Assembly (NCBI GenBank): GCA_022646745.1
Contig: CP060262.1
Coordinates: forward strand, 3,360,001 to 3,392,000
Reading direction: 5' to 3'
Length of the DNA: 32,000 nt
From: Planctomycetales bacterium
GTDB taxonomy: Bacteria > 4484-113 > JAFGCY01
Part shown: piece by piece, positions 16,573 through 24,901 of the stretch
Numbering within the stretch: the stretch's first letter is position 1
Layout of the letters: each line of letters begins with the position of its first letter
The notes under the pieces: model-generated
What the model saw: the letters and a program-made list of their open reading frames with translations, nothing else
Databases searched by the model: none
What the model was told of the DNA's origin: nothing
Program-made: the position numbers and the translations under genes

Positions 16573-17274
16573 TTAGCCCCGTCCGTCTCCCGTCTCCACA
16601 AGCTCGCCACGGCTGACCTTGCCACGCAGCAGGCGGCTGCAGGTGATCGTGCGCGGGTCCCCTTCCCTTCCAGCAGTCACGATCGGGCTTTCGATGGTTC
16701 CGCCGGCATGGATTGCGTCACCGGCGCTGACTTCGACTCCGGCACGGATGTCCTCGCGTGCCATGATGCTGCCCGCCGCCTTCAGGCAGCGGCCGCATCC
16801 GATGGTTCCTGATGCGAACACCGAGCCCTTCGATTCAATCGTGTCGCCGCAGTGGATGCTGTGCCCGCTCTCGATGGTCTTGTCACAGTTGAGGATGCTG
16901 GCAACGTAGATCGCGCCGCCGACATTCACGTCGCCACTGACATTCAGGATCGTGCCAGCGCCCACGCGCAGGTTGCCATCAGCGCTCAGCTCGCCGTTGA
17001 TGCTCACCTCGCCGAGGTTGCCCTCGATCTCCAGGTCCCCGCGGCAGCGGTCCAACCGGGCCTTGCCGATGTAGGCGGTGCGGAAATCCCGCTTGCCGAG
17101 CTTCAGCAGCGGCCGCTCGACTACTTCCTGCACTGGCTGGGGCGCTTGCTGGGCATTGCGAGTGGCATGCTCGAACTGTTTGATGAATGCCGACTCATCA
17201 GGACGGCGATGGTTGACAATTAAGGCAAAGACCACAACTCCGATCACCAGTCCTGCCGTGATGAAAACAAGCAT
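16573..17274 (-). CDS. Membrane-anchored beta-helix repeat protein (bactofilin / polymer-forming cytoskeletal-like)
   Basis: 233-aa ORF with an N-terminal TM (MLVFITAGLVIGVVVFALIV). The C-terminal ~150 aa contain short Gly/Asp-punctuated repeats (GDLEIEGNLGEVSINGELSADGNLRVGAGTILNVSGDVNVGG...). These resemble bactofilin-type beta-helices. GGAG precedes the ATG. Confidence 0.55.
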   Translation of the reverse strand: MLVFITAGLVIGVVVFALIVNHRRPDESAFIKQFEHATRNAQQAPQPVQEVVERPLLKLGKRDFRTAYIGKARLDRCRGDLEIEGNLGEVSINGELSADGNLRVGAGTILNVSGDVNVGGAIYVASILNCDKTIESGHSIHCGDTIESKGSVFASGTIGCGRCLKAAGSIMAREDIRAGVEVSAGDAIHAGGTIESPIVTAGREGDPRTITCSRLLRGKVSRGELVETGDGRG

Positions 17275-17357
17275 TAATCAGCTCCGCTGCGTTACTGAAA
17301 TCAGTTTAACCCGCCGGTTTCGGGAAACGGTTCATAAAACCCGGGCCAAGCCGGATT

Positions 17358-17765
17358 TCATTCACCCATCGGCGGCGGAGGGATCGCCCGCTCGTTCTGC
17401 GGTATCTCGATGCCCAGCGCCTCCTTGCATTTGTCCCGGTAGAACGCCGCGTCCTTACGTTCATCCTGGTACGACCCCCTTTCAGACTCGCTCTTCTGCA
17501 GGAATGTTTCGAAGGCTTCAATCGCCTCCTCATAGCGCTGCAGCTGGTAGAGCGAAAGTGCCCTGCCGTAGGAGATCATCACGCTTTCAGGTTCCGCCTC
17601 CAGCGCCTTGTCAAACAGCTCCAGCGCCTTGTTGTAATCCTGCGCGTCATAGGCCCGCAGGCCGTCCTGGTAGCTCGCCCGTCCCTTGGACGGACAGCCG
17701 CTTGCCAGGCAGGCCAGCACCAGTACGAGTAATGTTAACCAGTAATTGCGAACCCTGCTGTTCAT
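17358..17765 (-). CDS. TPR-repeat lipoprotein
   Basis: 135-aa ORF. It has a signal peptide with lipobox LASGC, and TPR-like repeats (YNKALELFDKALEAEPES, YEEAIEAFETFLQK). The start overlaps the ribF stop (ATGA). Confidence 0.75.
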   Translation of the reverse strand: MNSRVRNYWLTLLVLVLACLASGCPSKGRASYQDGLRAYDAQDYNKALELFDKALEAEPESVMISYGRALSLYQLQRYEEAIEAFETFLQKSESERGSYQDERKDAAFYRDKCKEALGIEIPQNERAIPPPPMGE

Positions 17766-18769
17766 TTCATCTTCTCCCAGCCCCGCCTGACCGCCTCACT
17801 GAGTTCACGTGTCAGGCTGATGTCCTGCTGCATCCGCTCCCGCAGCTCCGCTTCCGTGGCGAAGTCCTGCCAGTCGCGGATCCGGCTGTGGAAGTCCAGC
17901 CGGATCACCTCGCCATAGATGTCCCCGGAGAAATCGAGGATATGGCTCTCCACGATCATTGCATCCGCTGGCACATCCTTGTAGGAATTGCCACCTGACC
18001 CGGTGTCAACTACGCTGCTACGCGCCCTCGTGAGGTCCATCACCGCAATCGCGGCCGGCAGGTACTGCTCCTGCACCAGCGCACTGCCCGCATAGATTCC
18101 TTCCAAGGGGGCCAGCTTGTCCTGCGGCAGGATCTGGTTCGCCGTCGGTATCTCCAGCCGGTCCTTGCCCAGGCCACGTCCCTTCACCACCCGGCTCAGC
18201 ACGAAGTACGGATGCCCCATCATCTCCGCGGCGTCCTTCATCCGGCCCTCACCGACATACTGGCGCAGCAGGCTGCTCTTGATGGTCGTATGTTCGGGAC
18301 TGTACGCAGCGACGATCCGGCATTCCATCCCGACTTCCCGGCACAGCTCCTTAAGTCCGTCCTCACCACTGACCAGGTCACTGCCGATGCTGGTGTCGTA
18401 GCCGAACACCGCGCCATTCACCTCGGCGAAGTGCGACAACCCCCTGAGGAACATCGCTGCCGGTTGGCGGCAGATGCTCTCGTCATACTTCAGCATCAGT
18501 ACGGCATCCACACCTGTCTTGGCCAGCGCGTAAAGCTTCTCCTCCGGCGTCATCAGGAACTTCCAGTGCCCATCCGGGTAGTGGTACTGCCGCGGGGAGT
18601 TGCTGAAGGTGATCAACAGCGACTTGGCATTGAGCCTTGCGGCCTCATCCCGCAGGGTGTTGACCAGCACCTGGTGCCCGCGGTGCACTCCATCGAAGAA
18701 GCCGACGCTGATCACCACCGGGACATCCGCCCACTGCCCGAGTTCCGTATAGCTGCGCAGCACCTGCAT
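17762..18769 (-). CDS. ribF: Bifunctional riboflavin kinase / FMN adenylyltransferase
   Basis: The FAD-synthetase motif is VVISVGFFDGVHRGHQVLV. The riboflavin-kinase part contains GRGLGKDRLEIPTANQ and VESHILDFSGDIYGEVIRLDF. The ORF is open to 18820. I prefer the ATG at 18769 (MQVLRSY...), which gives the usual ~16 aa before the GxFDGxHxGH motif and removes a 47-nt overlap with smpB. Confidence 0.85.
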   Translation of the reverse strand: MQVLRSYTELGQWADVPVVISVGFFDGVHRGHQVLVNTLRDEAARLNAKSLLITFSNSPRQYHYPDGHWKFLMTPEEKLYALAKTGVDAVLMLKYDESICRQPAAMFLRGLSHFAEVNGAVFGYDTSIGSDLVSGEDGLKELCREVGMECRIVAAYSPEHTTIKSSLLRQYVGEGRMKDAAEMMGHPYFVLSRVVKGRGLGKDRLEIPTANQILPQDKLAPLEGIYAGSALVQEQYLPAAIAVMDLTRARSSVVDTGSGGNSYKDVPADAMIVESHILDFSGDIYGEVIRLDFHSRIRDWQDFATEAELRERMQQDISLTRELSEAVRRGWEKMK

Positions 18770-18773
18770 CCTT

Positions 18774-19238
18774 TCAGCTGCGGTGGCGGCCACTGCGCTC
18801 AAGCTCGCGCTTGATGTCACGGTCCTTGATGCTGGCTCGCTTGTCGTACTGCCGCTTACCCCGCGCCATGCCGATCATGATCTTCACCCGCCCGTTGACA
18901 AAGTAGGCCTTGAGCGGAATGATCGTCAGCCCCTTCTCCACCTTGGCCCGCTGCAGCTTGCGTAGCTCCTGGCGGTGCAGCAGCAGCTTGCGCGGCCTGA
19001 CGGCCACGTAGGTGCGGTGCGTGGAGTTCTTCTCATAGGCGGGAATGTTGCTCCCCAGCAGGTATAGCTCGCCGTCGCGGAAGTCGCAGTAGCTGTCACG
19101 CAGCGTGAAGCCGCCCATGCGGATCGACTTCGCCTCACTGCCCTCCAGCACTATCCCGGCTTCCATCTCCACGACTATCTCGTAGTCGTGGTAGGCCTTG
19201 CGGTTGCTGATCACTGGGGTGTCCCAGGGTTTGCTCAC
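18774..19238 (-). CDS. smpB: SsrA-binding protein (trans-translation)
   Basis: 154-aa ORF containing ISNRKAYHDYEI, GIVLEGSEAKSIR, RPRKLLLHRQEL and LIPLKAYF..GRVKIMIGMARGKRQYDKR. The start is GTG. Confidence 0.93.
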   Translation of the reverse strand: MSKPWDTPVISNRKAYHDYEIVVEMEAGIVLEGSEAKSIRMGGFTLRDSYCDFRDGELYLLGSNIPAYEKNSTHRTYVAVRPRKLLLHRQELRKLQRAKVEKGLTIIPLKAYFVNGRVKIMIGMARGKRQYDKRASIKDRDIKRELERSGRHRS

Positions 19239-19244
19239 GAGCGG

Positions 19245-19272
19245 ATTATAACTGACCGCAATCGCCTGTCAG
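19245..19272 (-). promoter_or_regulatory. smpB promoter candidate: -35 CTGACA, 16-nt spacer, -10 TATAAT, then 6 nt to the GTG start
   Basis: The minus strand reads CTGACAggcgattgcggtcagtTATAATccgctcGTG. Confidence 0.5.
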
Positions 19273-19296
19273 GCACTGCCAATTTCGCAGGGCTGA

Positions 19297-19305
19297 TGTT
19301 AAAAT
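19297..19305 (+). promoter_or_regulatory. glnA promoter candidate: extended -10 TGTTAAAAT
   Basis: The plus strand reads ctgaTGTTAAAATacg, ~58 nt upstream of the glnA ATG. That ATG has a strong SD (GAGGAGAGG). Confidence 0.45.
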
Positions 19306-19362
19306 ACGCGCCAACAAGCCCTCCGGAAATCTTCCCGGCCGGCTTATCCGAGGAGAGGAACA

Positions 19363-20694
19363 ATGGCAGAGACCTGGACACGGGATTCAATCCTGAAGTT
19401 CGTGCATGACAACAAGGTGGAGTGCATCTGGCACTGGTTCGTCGATCTGGACGGCCACCTCAAGGGATTCGCAATCACTCCTTCCGAGCTCGATCGCAGC
19501 CTTGAATCCGGCATGCACTTCGACGGATCCAGCATCAGCGGCTTCAACGCGATCGAGGAAAGCGACCTGACCGCCCGCCCGGATCTCTCCACCTTCGCCA
19601 TGCTGCCCGATGGACCGGGCCAGCCCAAGAGCGTGCGCTTCTTCTGCGACATCGAGAAGCCGGACGGCACCCCCTACGACCGTGACCCGCGCAGCATCCT
19701 GCGCAAGGTTGTCAAGAAGGCCTCTGACATGGGTTACGAGAGCTTCATGGGCCCGGAGCTGGAGTTCTTCCTCTTCAAGTCCCACGAAGGTCCCGAGCCG
19801 CTGGACTACGGCGGCTACTTCACCGGCCCGCCGGTGGACGGCGGTGTCGCCATCCGTACCGATATCATCAAGCAGCTGCAGGACCTCGGCATCACCGTTG
19901 AGTACCAGCACCACGAGGTGGCCGAGAGCCAGCACGAGATCGACCTGCGCTACGACAAGACAATGGCGATCGCGGACCACTCGATCACCTACAAGTACAT
20001 CGTCAAGTCCGTCGCCGCCCGCCACGGTGCCTATGCCACCTTCATGCCGAAGCCGATCTTCGGCAGCAACGGAAGCGGCATGCACGTGCACCAGTCCCTC
20101 TGGAAGGATGGCAAGAACGCCATGGCGGACAGCAATGACCCGACCTTCCTCTCCAAGACCGCCAAGCAGTACATCGCCGGCATCCTCAAGTATGCCCAGG
20201 AGTGCTGCCTGTTCTATGCCCCGACAGTCAACAGCTACAAGCGCCTGGTCCCCGGCTATGAGGCCCCGACCTACATCGCCTGGTCCAGCCGCAACCGCTC
20301 CGCGATGGTGCGCGTGCCGGCCTTCGCCTTCGGCAGCGAGAACAGCGTGCGTTGTGAGCTGCGCTGCGCTGACACCTCCGCCAACCCCTACCTGGCCTTC
20401 GCCTGCATGCTGGGCAGTGGCCTGAAGGGCATTGAGGAGGGCCTTGAGCTCGAGCCGGCCCAGGTCGACAACCTGTACCACATCTCTGAGATGGAGCGCG
20501 AGAAGCGCGGCATCAAGAGCCTGCCGGCTAACCTGCATGAGGCGCTGCACCACTCCAAGCGCAGCGAGTTCCTGCGTGAGCTGCTGTCAGACAGCCTGGT
20601 GGACAACTACCTCGCGATCAAGTACAAGGAATTCGACAGCTACCGGACGCAGGTCACTCCCTGGGAGCTGGACCGCTACTTCGGCGTTCTCTAA
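19363..20694 (+). CDS. glnA: Glutamine synthetase type I (GSI-alpha-like, ~443 aa)
   Basis: The ORF contains FVDLDGHLKGF, MHFDGSSISGF, GPELEFFLF, HHEVAESQHEIDLRY, FMPKPIFGSNGSGMHVHQSL, NSYKRLVPGYEAP and RNRSAMVRVP. The C-terminus resembles the Bacillus-type enzyme rather than the adenylylated GSI-beta type. Confidence 0.95.
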   Translation: MAETWTRDSILKFVHDNKVECIWHWFVDLDGHLKGFAITPSELDRSLESGMHFDGSSISGFNAIEESDLTARPDLSTFAMLPDGPGQPKSVRFFCDIEKPDGTPYDRDPRSILRKVVKKASDMGYESFMGPELEFFLFKSHEGPEPLDYGGYFTGPPVDGGVAIRTDIIKQLQDLGITVEYQHHEVAESQHEIDLRYDKTMAIADHSITYKYIVKSVAARHGAYATFMPKPIFGSNGSGMHVHQSLWKDGKNAMADSNDPTFLSKTAKQYIAGILKYAQECCLFYAPTVNSYKRLVPGYEAPTYIAWSSRNRSAMVRVPAFAFGSENSVRCELRCADTSANPYLAFACMLGSGLKGIEEGLELEPAQVDNLYHISEMEREKRGIKSLPANLHEALHHSKRSEFLRELLSDSLVDNYLAIKYKEFDSYRTQVTPWELDRYFGVL

Positions 20695-20720
20695 GCCAGT
20701 AGCCTGAACAGGACTTCTAC

Positions 20721-20746
20721 AGCCCGGTCACTACGGTGGCCGGGCT
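20721..20746. terminator. Bidirectional intrinsic-terminator-like hairpin between convergent glnA and the aldolase-like gene
   Basis: AGCCCGGTCAC-tacg-GTGGCCGGGCT forms an 11-bp stem (one G-U pair) with a tetraloop. On the plus strand it is followed by the T-rich TCTTACTTTCC. It lies 26 nt after the glnA stop and 2 nt after the convergent stop. Confidence 0.6.
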
Positions 20747-20748
20747 TC

Positions 20749-21354
20749 TTACTTTCCGGAGCTGAGCAGCCACTGCTGGGCGCGGGCCAGGCCTTCGATG
20801 GTATCCAGCGCGGCCGGCAGCAGGGCCGTATCCGTGCCGGCAATCACCACCGCTTCACCTTCGACCAGCACCACCCCGAAGTTGCTGCTGCCGAAGGCGT
20901 GGCTGACGAGCTCGCGCAGCTTCTCCCCCTGTGCATCATGGTCCAGTGACGCCGGCACCACCGGTACGCTGCCACTCTTGCCCGTATTGAAGATCTGCTG
21001 GCTAACGTTATGCAACGGCAGCTCGCGGCCCGCCAGGGCGAAGGACATCGCACCCCAGCCCATCGTCTGCACACAGCAGCGCCATTCCTTGCGGACGGCC
21101 AGCATCTCTCGCAGCCAGCGGTTCATCCGGCTCGGACGCCGCCCGGCGCGCGCCATCGATGCCTCACCCTCACCGGGGAACAGCACGAGGTCCTCCTCGG
21201 ACAGCTCCCACTTCATCAGCTCGCCGGCATTCTCCGGGCTGACGAGGAATCCGCGCTGGTCACGCAGTGCAACCGTCCCCCCGCTGCGGTCAAGGTAACC
21301 GCTCAGGTGTAACTGCGGGATCAGTTCGAGCATCTTCTTCATCTGGTCAGGCAC
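20749..21354 (-). CDS. Class II aldolase/adducin-fold protein lacking the canonical metal and catalytic residues
   Basis: The collinear by-eye match to FucA-type aldolases is: RSGGTVALR ~ GTAGNVSVR; FLVSPEN ~ MLITPTG; RRPSRMNRWLREML ~ KLPSSEWRFHMAAY; CCVQTMGWGAMSFA ~ AVVHNHAVHCTAVS; GVVLVEGEAVVIAG ~ ATLLQHHGLIACEV. The ORF is open to the ATG at 21381. I prefer the in-frame GTG at 21354 because TATAAT sits 6 nt upstream of it. Confidence 0.6.
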   Translation of the reverse strand: MPDQMKKMLELIPQLHLSGYLDRSGGTVALRDQRGFLVSPENAGELMKWELSEEDLVLFPGEGEASMARAGRRPSRMNRWLREMLAVRKEWRCCVQTMGWGAMSFALAGRELPLHNVSQQIFNTGKSGSVPVVPASLDHDAQGEKLRELVSHAFGSSNFGVVLVEGEAVVIAGTDTALLPAALDTIEGLARAQQWLLSSGK

Positions 21355-21360
21355 GCGCAG

Positions 21361-21366
21361 ATTATA
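21361..21366 (-). promoter_or_regulatory. Candidate -10 hexamer TATAAT, 6 nt upstream of the in-frame GTG of the aldolase-like gene
   Basis: The minus strand reads ctgccgTATAATctgcgcGTGcct. Confidence 0.4.
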
Positions 21367-21394
21367 CGGCAGCCGGGCCATCCAAGCGCAGACC

Positions 21395-21400
21395 TATAAT
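21395..21400 (+). promoter_or_regulatory. Candidate -10 hexamer TATAAT for rfbB
   Basis: The plus strand reads gaccTATAATtgagcagccaCGGAGGcaccctttcATG. The hexamer is 25 nt upstream of the ATG, with an SD in between. Confidence 0.4.
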
Positions 21401-21425
21401 TGAGCAGCCACGGAGGCACCCTTTC

Positions 21426-22412
21426 ATGAAAGTACTCATCACCGGCGGCATGGGCTTCATCGGCAGCAACCTCGTGATGCGCCTGCTAGAGCATGAACCC
21501 AACCTGAAGCTCGTCAACCTCGACAAGCTGACCTACGCCGGCAACCCGCAGAACCTGGCCCCGATCGCCGACGACCCGCGTTATGAATTCGTGCAGGGCG
21601 ACATCGCCGACAGAGACCTGGTCAGCTCCCTGTTTGAAATGCACGAGTTCCAGTATGTGCTCAACCTGGCTGCCGAATCGATGGTGGACCGCAGCATCGA
21701 GGACAGCGAGGTCTTCGTTCGCAGCAATGTAACCGGCACCCAGGTGCTGCTCGACCAGGTCCGGCGCTTTCCCGGTACACGAATGGTGCAGGTCAGCACT
21801 GATGAGGTCTATGGCAGCCTCGGCCCCAGCGGCGAGTTCAACGAGGATTCCCCGCTGGCTCCCAACAACCCCTACAGCGCAACCAAGACCGCGGCTGACC
21901 TGCTCTGCCGCGCCTACCACAACACCTACGGCGTGGAAGTCTGCGTCACCCGCTGCAGCAACAACTATGGCCCGCGCCAGTTCCCGGAGAAGCTGATCCC
22001 GAAGTTCATCGCCTGGGCCCTGCAGGACCGCCGCCTGCCGGTGTTCGGCGATGGCCTGCATGTGCGTGACTGGCTGTTCGTGGATGACCACTGCGATGCA
22101 ATCACCGCTGTGATGACAAAGGGCGAGCCGGGACGCGTCTATAACATCGGCGGAGGCACCGAGATGCCCAACCTGACGCTGGTCAGGCTGCTGCTTGAGC
22201 GGCTGGGCAAGCCGGAAAGCCTGATCGAGTTCGTACCGGACCGGCCGGGGCACGACAGGCGCTATGCGGTCAACCATGAGCGCATCGCAACTGAGCTTGG
22301 CTGGAACCCGCAGGTACGCTTCGAGGATGGCATCCGCCGCACCATCGACTGGTACCTGGACAACCAGGCCTGGCTGGACGCCATCGCGGACGGGAGCTAC
22401 CAGCAGCAGTAG
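21426..22412 (+). CDS. rfbB: dTDP-glucose 4,6-dehydratase (extended SDR)
   Basis: The ORF begins MKVLITGGMGFIGSN (Rossmann GxxGxxG). It has the catalytic YSATKTAADLL (YxxxK) and VRDWLFVDDHCDAI. The ORF-track ORF starts at 21267; I chose the internal ATG at 21426, which has an SD. Confidence 0.9.
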   Translation: MKVLITGGMGFIGSNLVMRLLEHEPNLKLVNLDKLTYAGNPQNLAPIADDPRYEFVQGDIADRDLVSSLFEMHEFQYVLNLAAESMVDRSIEDSEVFVRSNVTGTQVLLDQVRRFPGTRMVQVSTDEVYGSLGPSGEFNEDSPLAPNNPYSATKTAADLLCRAYHNTYGVEVCVTRCSNNYGPRQFPEKLIPKFIAWALQDRRLPVFGDGLHVRDWLFVDDHCDAITAVMTKGEPGRVYNIGGGTEMPNLTLVRLLLERLGKPESLIEFVPDRPGHDRRYAVNHERIATELGWNPQVRFEDGIRRTIDWYLDNQAWLDAIADGSYQQQ

Positions 22413-22433
22413 CCTGCAACCCCGTCGGAATGC

Positions 22434-22442
22434 TGTTAATAT
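22434..22442 (+). promoter_or_regulatory. Promoter candidate for the lipoprotein-surE unit: extended -10 TGTTAATAT
   Basis: The plus strand reads aatgcTGTTAATATagc, ~52 nt upstream of the ATG at 22494. A CCTGCC/GGCAGG hairpin (22450..22468) lies in the putative leader. Confidence 0.4.
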
Positions 22443-22493
22443 AGCTGGCCCTGCCCGGGGAAGGCAGGCACCTTGCAAGAGGAAGAACTGGAA

Positions 22494-24899
22494 ATGCATC
22501 AAACAATCCGCTGTTTCGCCCTGATCTGTGTGTCCGCACTGCTGCTTATGCTGTGTGGCTGCCCGCCGCCCTCCAACGGGGATGGCACGGACAAGAATGC
22601 CAATGCCGGCAACGGCAAGCAGCAGGGCGCAGGTGCCAACGGCGCCGGCCAGGAGGCCGTGGACCAGGACATGTCCGCCTTCTACGATGGCGACAACCTG
22701 AACTTCCAGCGCACCAATGTCGGCCTCAATGGCAAGGCGCTGGACCTGATCACTGATGACGCCCCGCTGTGCGGCGCCAAGACCGGCAGCGTGTTCTTCT
22801 TCGGCGACAGCGCGCAGGAAACCGGCCTGTACCGTCGCGACCTCGTGAGCGGCAAGCGCGAGATGCTGACGAGCGTCAAGGACATGGACAAGGGCAGCCT
22901 CAACTGCAGCAATGACGGACGTTTCATCTCCTACGCCAAGCTGCGTGACATCAATGTCGTGATCGACAACCCGGAGTTCGACTACCCGCCCTATGTGGCG
23001 GAGCTCTACCGCTACGACACCCAGTCCGGTGAGGAGACCAAGCTGTTCAGCTTCGGCTCCGAGTTCAAGGACTACCGAAATGATTCGCTCTATCCCTTCA
23101 TCAGCCAGGATGGCAACCGCATCGTCTGCCTGAGCTATGACATCAACCGCCTGCTGCTTCAGACCCAGTGCATGGAGTGGGTGCGCCTCTACCGGGAACT
23201 GTACGAGGATGGCCCGGACCGCAGTCCGGAGGACAGGGCCAGTGATGACGACAACATGCGCGTGTTCCTGCGCGCTGACCACATCGCCCCCAAGCTGCGC
23301 GACATGGGCTTCGAGCCTTCCGCCGAGACCCCGATTGACGCCGCGGCCAGACAGGCCGTGCTGGACCTGTTCGAGCGCTACAAGGACCCGATCATGGTGC
23401 TCCTGATCTGGGAGGACGGCAAGGCCCGCACCCAGGTCCTCACCCCCGTGGCCGGCCAGGAGCGCAGCCTGCACTTCATCCTCGCAGTCAGTGAGGACCG
23501 CATCCTGATGGGTGCCAAGGATCCGAGCGAGGACCCGACCGCTGCCCAGCAGATATACAGCGTTGACATTGCCAGCGGCCAGCTCTCGCCCTTCGGCACC
23601 TACCAGGGCGCCCCGAGCCTGATCGAATTCGACGGCAGCGGCCAGAACCTGGTCGTTGTCTACAACCCGTTTGACCGGCAGAACAAGCGGATTGACACCG
23701 AGACCTTCATCCGCATGCTGCCGGTTGATGGTTCAGCCCCGACGGACAAAAGCCTCGGCGCAGACTACTTCGGCTTCCTTGACCTGAATGGCGACGCCAG
23801 CCTGATGGTCGGCCAGAACCGTGATGACCTGTGGCTGTACCGCGTTGACACCGCTACCGGTGAGGCGACGAAGATCAGCCAGCACTTCATCGATGTCGAC
23901 GGCCTGTACCTTGACGGCCCCGGCCAGCATGCGGTGTTCATCGAGAACGGCATTTCCTTCGTGACCAACATCCTCGCCGATCCGCAGTCCAGCCCGGACT
24001 GGGTCAGCGAGTCCCACTTCTCCGACTACCGCGAAAAGGTGCTCTCCTTCCTCGATACCGCCGGCTTTGACGTCAAGGACGACGCCGTGCTGCGCTTCGA
24101 GGAACGCACAGGCATGGGTGTCAGCGAGACCAGCATCGAGCTGTCCTACGCCAGCGACCCGCAGGCCACCGTGCTGTTCCGTTATGACAACAATGACAAG
24201 ACCTTCAGCTCAATGTGGTCCCCGAACCCCGAAGTGCTGAACATGAAGAGCGAGTTCCGCAAGAGCGGGATGGACTACTACGAATGCGAGGACCTCGTGG
24301 CCGGCATGCTTGACAGGCTCGGCTGGCAGAACCCCGAGACACGTGAAGCCTGGTACCCCGGTGCATCGCCGCTTTACGACGGCAAGAGCGACAGCTACAT
24401 CGTCACCTTCCGCGACGGCTACTGGTACGACCCGGCTGAGCAGACCCACTGGGTCTACAACAGTGAGGCCACCGTGCGCGTGATTGCCAGCACCGGCCAC
24501 ATTGCCGAAATCAACTACCGGGCCTTCGAGCAGATCAGCGACCAGCCGATCCAGGACAACATCGCGGATGCGGACTTCAACATCCGCAACTACCGCAATG
24601 AGCCGATCCCGGAAGGCGCTGTCGAATTTGACTACGAGAACACCCGCCTGCTGATCACGGAGAAGAAGCCCGAGCTTGTCAGCCCCGGCGACTACCGCAG
24701 CCAGGTCGAGGACCGCATTGTCTACGAGGTGAATGCCTACCTGGAAGGCGAGCTGGTACTCGGCAGCCTGGTGGATGCTGAGACCTTCGAAGTGCTCGGC
24801 CGCCTGTACTACGCCCCGCAGGGCATGCGCAACCCGAACCAGCCCCTGCCCGGTGGTGGTGAAGCCGCCCCGGCCCCGGCGGAGACTGCCGGTCCCTAA
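22494..24899 (+). CDS. Large secreted lipoprotein of unknown function (possible TolB/PD40-like beta-propeller repeats and PepSY-like C-terminal modules)
   Basis: The signal peptide has lipobox LMLCGC, followed by a Gly/Asn/Ala-rich linker. Repeats of the type NDGRFISYAK and SQDGNRIVCLSY resemble PD40 blades. The C-terminal RIVYEVNAYLEGELVLGSLVDAETFEVLGRLYY resembles a PepSY motif. The start is taken as ATG 22494, which has GAGGAAG upstream; the ORF track starts at TTG 22473. Confidence 0.6.
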   Translation: MHQTIRCFALICVSALLLMLCGCPPPSNGDGTDKNANAGNGKQQGAGANGAGQEAVDQDMSAFYDGDNLNFQRTNVGLNGKALDLITDDAPLCGAKTGSVFFFGDSAQETGLYRRDLVSGKREMLTSVKDMDKGSLNCSNDGRFISYAKLRDINVVIDNPEFDYPPYVAELYRYDTQSGEETKLFSFGSEFKDYRNDSLYPFISQDGNRIVCLSYDINRLLLQTQCMEWVRLYRELYEDGPDRSPEDRASDDDNMRVFLRADHIAPKLRDMGFEPSAETPIDAAARQAVLDLFERYKDPIMVLLIWEDGKARTQVLTPVAGQERSLHFILAVSEDRILMGAKDPSEDPTAAQQIYSVDIASGQLSPFGTYQGAPSLIEFDGSGQNLVVVYNPFDRQNKRIDTETFIRMLPVDGSAPTDKSLGADYFGFLDLNGDASLMVGQNRDDLWLYRVDTATGEATKISQHFIDVDGLYLDGPGQHAVFIENGISFVTNILADPQSSPDWVSESHFSDYREKVLSFLDTAGFDVKDDAVLRFEERTGMGVSETSIELSYASDPQATVLFRYDNNDKTFSSMWSPNPEVLNMKSEFRKSGMDYYECEDLVAGMLDRLGWQNPETREAWYPGASPLYDGKSDSYIVTFRDGYWYDPAEQTHWVYNSEATVRVIASTGHIAEINYRAFEQISDQPIQDNIADADFNIRNYRNEPIPEGAVEFDYENTRLLITEKKPELVSPGDYRSQVEDRIVYEVNAYLEGELVLGSLVDAETFEVLGRLYYAPQGMRNPNQPLPGGGEAAPAPAETAGP

Positions 24900-24901
24900 C
24901 C

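Noticed and set aside
19255-19320. I looked for nitrogen-control sites upstream of glnA: a sigma-54 -24/-12 element (GGCAC...GC) and a GlnR/TnrA box (TGTNAN7TNACA).
   Set aside because: The GG-to-GC spacing is wrong for sigma-54 (13 nt rather than 10). The TGTCA/TGTTA half-sites lack a properly spaced TNACA partner. Only a 4-bp inverted repeat (TGTT-N12-AACA) remains, which is not convincing.
19387-20553. A 388-aa antisense ORF and a 271-aa alternative-frame ORF (19610..20425) lie within glnA.
   Set aside because: glnA is unambiguous, and the alternatives are Arg/Ala/Pro/Ser-rich nonsense typical of off-frame GC-rich sequence.
21486-23474. A 662-aa ORF lies antisense across rfbB, the intergenic region and the lipoprotein gene.
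   Set aside because: It spans two well-supported plus-strand genes and their promoter region. It has no motifs or SD, so I consider it spurious.
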